Source: an uncultured delta proteobacterium
Lineage (GTDB): Bacteria > Desulfobacterota > WTBG01
Reading direction: 5' to 3'
NCBI GenBank assembly: GCA_963793865.1
Contig: CAWCBP010000006.1
Span: 32,001-96,000 of the forward strand
DNA: 64,000 nt
A model generated the notes under the pieces. That model saw nothing but the letters and a program-made list of their open reading frames with translations, was not told the origin of the DNA and did not search any database. A program made the translations under genes and the position numbers. Positions 61,042 to 64,000 of this stretch are shown one piece after another. Every line of letters starts with the position of its first letter. Position 1 is the stretch's first letter.

Positions 61042-63390
61042 ATGAAGGACAAAACCAAGACGAAAAATAGCTTGGTAGCTGAATCGCGGAAGGTAGGCAA
61101 GCTAGTCGACGAATTAGAAAAGCTAAAGAAAGAACGAAAGGAGATAGAAGAAAAATATCGTAATATGTTTGAGTATGCTAATGATGCTATTATTACGACA
61201 ACTAATAAGAGCATTATTACGTCATTTAATAAGAAAGCGGAAGATCTATTTGGTTATAATCGTGAGGATATAATTGGCAAATCAGCGTCTAAACTTGTAC
61301 CTACAAAGAAAAGGAAGGGAGAAAAAGAAAGATTTAAAAGTATCACGTTTAAAAATAAAAGTGGCATTATAGGGACGATCAAAGAGGGAATAGGATTAAC
61401 AAAGAACGGTCATGCATTTCCAGTGGAAGGTTCCTATTATGCTTTTCATGCAAATGATGAATACATTATAGCCGGTATTTTTCGTGATATCTCTGAACGG
61501 AAGCAAATGGATGAACAGTTGCGGTCAAGCGAAGAAAAGGCACGGGTACTTTTAAACGCTCCTCCTGATATTGCTATGCTGATAGATAATAAAGCCACCC
61601 TTATCGATTGTAACGAAGCATTGTGCTTAAGACTGCATAAAAGTAGAGAAGAACTTTTGGGTAAGACCCCTCTTGATTTGTTCGATGCACACGCAGCAAA
61701 ACGCAGAGTGAAGTATATTAAAAAATTAGTTTCGAAAGGTACTAATGATCATTATCAAGATATACATGAGGGAAGATGGTATGATATTTCCGTCCATCCG
61801 ATTTTCGATACACAGGGAAAGGTTGCCCAGGCTGTTGTTTTAGCCCATGACATAACAGAAATGAAACAGAAAGAGGAGGAATTAGTAGAAGCAAAAGATT
61901 ATTTAGAAAACCTCATAGAAAGTTCATCTGACAGCATTGTTGTTTCTGATACCAATGGATTTATTACCAAAGTAAACAGATCTTTCTTAAAACTCGTTGG
62001 ATACAAGGCAGACGAGGTTTTAGGAAAAATGATGGTTAAATTCACACCCACTGAAGAGGGAATTTACGAGTCTACCACAGGTGAATTTGCGAAGATAGAT
62101 AAGCAGTTTTTTGATAAATCGGCAATAATGGTGTCCAGATTTATGAACGATGGGAAAATGTCTAATTGGGAGTCCTATTTGCTTACCAAAAATAAGAAAG
62201 TCATTCCTGTGGACATAACTATAGCTTTCTTATTCAAAGAAGGAAAAAGAACCGGATCAATTGGCATATTAAGGGATATTAGTGAGAGAAGAAAGGCAGA
62301 ACAAACAATTGTTAAGACGATGAATTTCTTGGAAGATATTATCAGAGATTCAGCGGATGGTATTGTCGTTTCCGATACCTTGACTACCATGACGATGGTC
62401 AATGAGGCGGCAGAAAATATACTCGGGTATTCGAAAGAAGATCTTTTAGGGAAACGCACACATGCCTTCATACCCCAAGGCGAGTGGGAAAAGCGTGATA
62501 AATTAGTAGAGAAAGCAATTGCCAACAAGGGCTCAGCATACAATTATGAGCACCAATGGGTGAGGAAAGATGGCCGGATTATTGATCTGGGCTTGAACAT
62601 AGGGACTCTAAAGGATTCCTCAGAAAACGTTATCGGATTGGTGGCATGTGTAAGGGATATTACTGAACGCAAGGCTATGGAGAAAAAGCTCTTTGAATAT
62701 CATGACCAGCTGCGGTGCCTGGCATCACAGTTAATAAATGCTGAAGAGAAGAATCAACAAAACATAGCGGCATTTTTACATGATAATATTGGACAGGACT
62801 TGTTCAGTCTTAAAATTAAACTAAAGATGTTACAAGATGCAAAGTCTTTTAAGGAAAGCAAGTTATATGCAAATACAATGCTTGCTACTATTGATCAACT
62901 CATAGCAAACGCACGTTCATTAACATCCGAACTGAGTCCTCCAATCCTTCACGAGTTAGGCCTTGGTGCTGCACTAGAATGGCTCGCTGAACAAATGCAC
63001 AAACGCGAAGGTATTATTGTTCAATTTGAAGATGACGGACACTCACGTTCTTTAGAAAAGACGATTAACATCCTTATTTTTAATGTGGTACGTGAATTGT
63101 TCAATAATATTGTTAAACATGCCAAAGCACATAATGTGAAAATCTCCATACAGAATGATGATACTAGTATACAAGTATGTATAGAAGATGATGGGATTGG
63201 ATTTAAACCCGAAGAGGTTAATTCCCCGATGAGGGATAACAATTCATTCGGACTGTTCAGCATTAAGGAAAGATTAAGTTATGTTGGCGGGCATATCGAA
63301 ATTCAATCTAAACCAAGCCAAGGCACCAGAATAGCAATCAAAATGCCACATAAGCTTAGAAAAAGTAGCTCAACAGAAAATAACCTGTAA
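61042..63390 (+). CDS. Four-PAS HisKA_3 sensor kinase
   Basis: PAS repeats; FLHDNIGQDL; ELSPPILHELGL; NIVKHA; DDGIGF; FGLFSIKER. Confidence 0.92.
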   Translation: MKDKTKTKNSLVAESRKVGKLVDELEKLKKERKEIEEKYRNMFEYANDAIITTTNKSIITSFNKKAEDLFGYNREDIIGKSASKLVPTKKRKGEKERFKSITFKNKSGIIGTIKEGIGLTKNGHAFPVEGSYYAFHANDEYIIAGIFRDISERKQMDEQLRSSEEKARVLLNAPPDIAMLIDNKATLIDCNEALCLRLHKSREELLGKTPLDLFDAHAAKRRVKYIKKLVSKGTNDHYQDIHEGRWYDISVHPIFDTQGKVAQAVVLAHDITEMKQKEEELVEAKDYLENLIESSSDSIVVSDTNGFITKVNRSFLKLVGYKADEVLGKMMVKFTPTEEGIYESTTGEFAKIDKQFFDKSAIMVSRFMNDGKMSNWESYLLTKNKKVIPVDITIAFLFKEGKRTGSIGILRDISERRKAEQTIVKTMNFLEDIIRDSADGIVVSDTLTTMTMVNEAAENILGYSKEDLLGKRTHAFIPQGEWEKRDKLVEKAIANKGSAYNYEHQWVRKDGRIIDLGLNIGTLKDSSENVIGLVACVRDITERKAMEKKLFEYHDQLRCLASQLINAEEKNQQNIAAFLHDNIGQDLFSLKIKLKMLQDAKSFKESKLYANTMLATIDQLIANARSLTSELSPPILHELGLGAALEWLAEQMHKREGIIVQFEDDGHSRSLEKTINILIFNVVRELFNNIVKHAKAHNVKISIQNDDTSIQVCIEDDGIGFKPEEVNSPMRDNNSFGLFSIKERLSYVGGHIEIQSKPSQGTRIAIKMPHKLRKSSSTENNL

Positions 63391-63683
63391 ATAAAAAAAC
63401 TGCTATTGTTGTAAAGGCCAATGCATTTGAAATATTAGAACCTTGGTAGAAGATATTCTTTATAATATGAGATTAAATTTTCATTTTTTCTCCTCCTCTC
63501 AATACCCCTTCAGCAGCATCAACTGAGGGGGTATTTTTTTAGGCTTATCACGGATGCTTTTACCCCACTCGCTCAAACAAAATGTCACAAATATGGCACA
63601 AATGACATTTTCAGCAAAAAATGAGTGCTCTGGAGTTGTTGTCTGGAAAGCTCTAACTAATTGATAAGACTTACTAAAAGATA

Positions 63684-63770
63684 TGGTGCCGAAGGGGGGA
63701 CTCGAACCCCCACGGGCTTGCTCCCACTAGACCCTGAACCTAGCGTGTCTGCCAATTCCGCCACTTCGGC
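63684..63770 (-). tRNA. tRNA-Leu (anticodon CAG)
   Basis: GCCGAAGTGGCGGAATTGGCAGACACGCTAGGTT-CAG-GGTCTAG..long variable arm..GGTTCGAGTCC..CTTCGGCACCA. Confidence 0.96.
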
Positions 63771-63855
63771 ACTTGCAAAAGACAGGCAGGAGTGCTATAT
63801 GAGGAAAACGTTGATGATTGATATACCAGATAAGCGGTTTTGTCAATGGTAAAAG

Positions 63856-63902
63856 CGATGTGGGATGTGTGATATGAGATGTGAGATGGGGGATATGCGA
63901 TA
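63856..63902 (+). repeat. 7-mer tandem repeat preceding four-helix-bundle gene
   Basis: gatgtgg gatgtgt gatatga gatgtga gatgggg gatatgc. Confidence 0.8.
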
Positions 63903-63914
63903 GGAAATTTGTGA

Positions 63915-64000
63915 GTGGGTGAACACAAAACCTATAAAGATCTTGAGGTTTATCAAATTGTTCATGCCCTGGGGGTGAAATTACATGAGTATTCACTCGA
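63915..64000 (+). CDS. Four-helix-bundle protein (23S rRNA IVP family), N-terminus only
   Basis: GTG-GEHKTYKDLEVYQIVHALGVKLHEYSL matches the family N-terminal Y(K/R)DL.V(W/Y)Q signature. Confidence 0.75.
   Translation, partial: MGEHKTYKDLEVYQIVHALGVKLHEYSL

Overview
Bacterial chromosome segment, most likely from a Desulfobacterota/deltaproteobacterial genome (inferred from gene content), with two compositional halves. Positions 1-42.3 kb are GC-rich. They carry LPS/surface-glycan genes (DegT aminotransferases, glycosyltransferases, several WaaP/InaA-like kinases, a eukaryote-type UGPase), a membrane pyrophosphatase, a P-type ATPase, apbE, a GNAT/radical-SAM/sulfotransferase trio, an OmpA cluster and iorAB-paaK. 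They also carry a nine-gene minus-strand operon (26.4-37.7 kb) behind a perfect TTGACA-N17-TATAAT promoter. This operon looks like an uncharacterised ion-driven envelope machine: a MotA/TolQ/ExbB subunit, two ExbD-like TM(Asp)-coiled-coil-vWA subunits, an Hsp70-like/FHA protein, a PEGA-FGE protein, a TPR protein and two lipoproteins. Positions 42.3-63.7 kb are visibly AT-rich and end at tRNA-Leu(CAG). They hold two c-di-GMP-I riboswitches, four orphan multi-PAS histidine kinases, tandem pilT genes, a PilZ protein and secreted proteins. Many single-base indels (12-21 kb, 43-45 kb) are probably sequencing errors. Heptamer-repeat elements linked to a four-helix-bundle gene and several REP-like palindromes sit in intergenic spaces. 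All family assignments come from motif recognition by eye; no searches were run.
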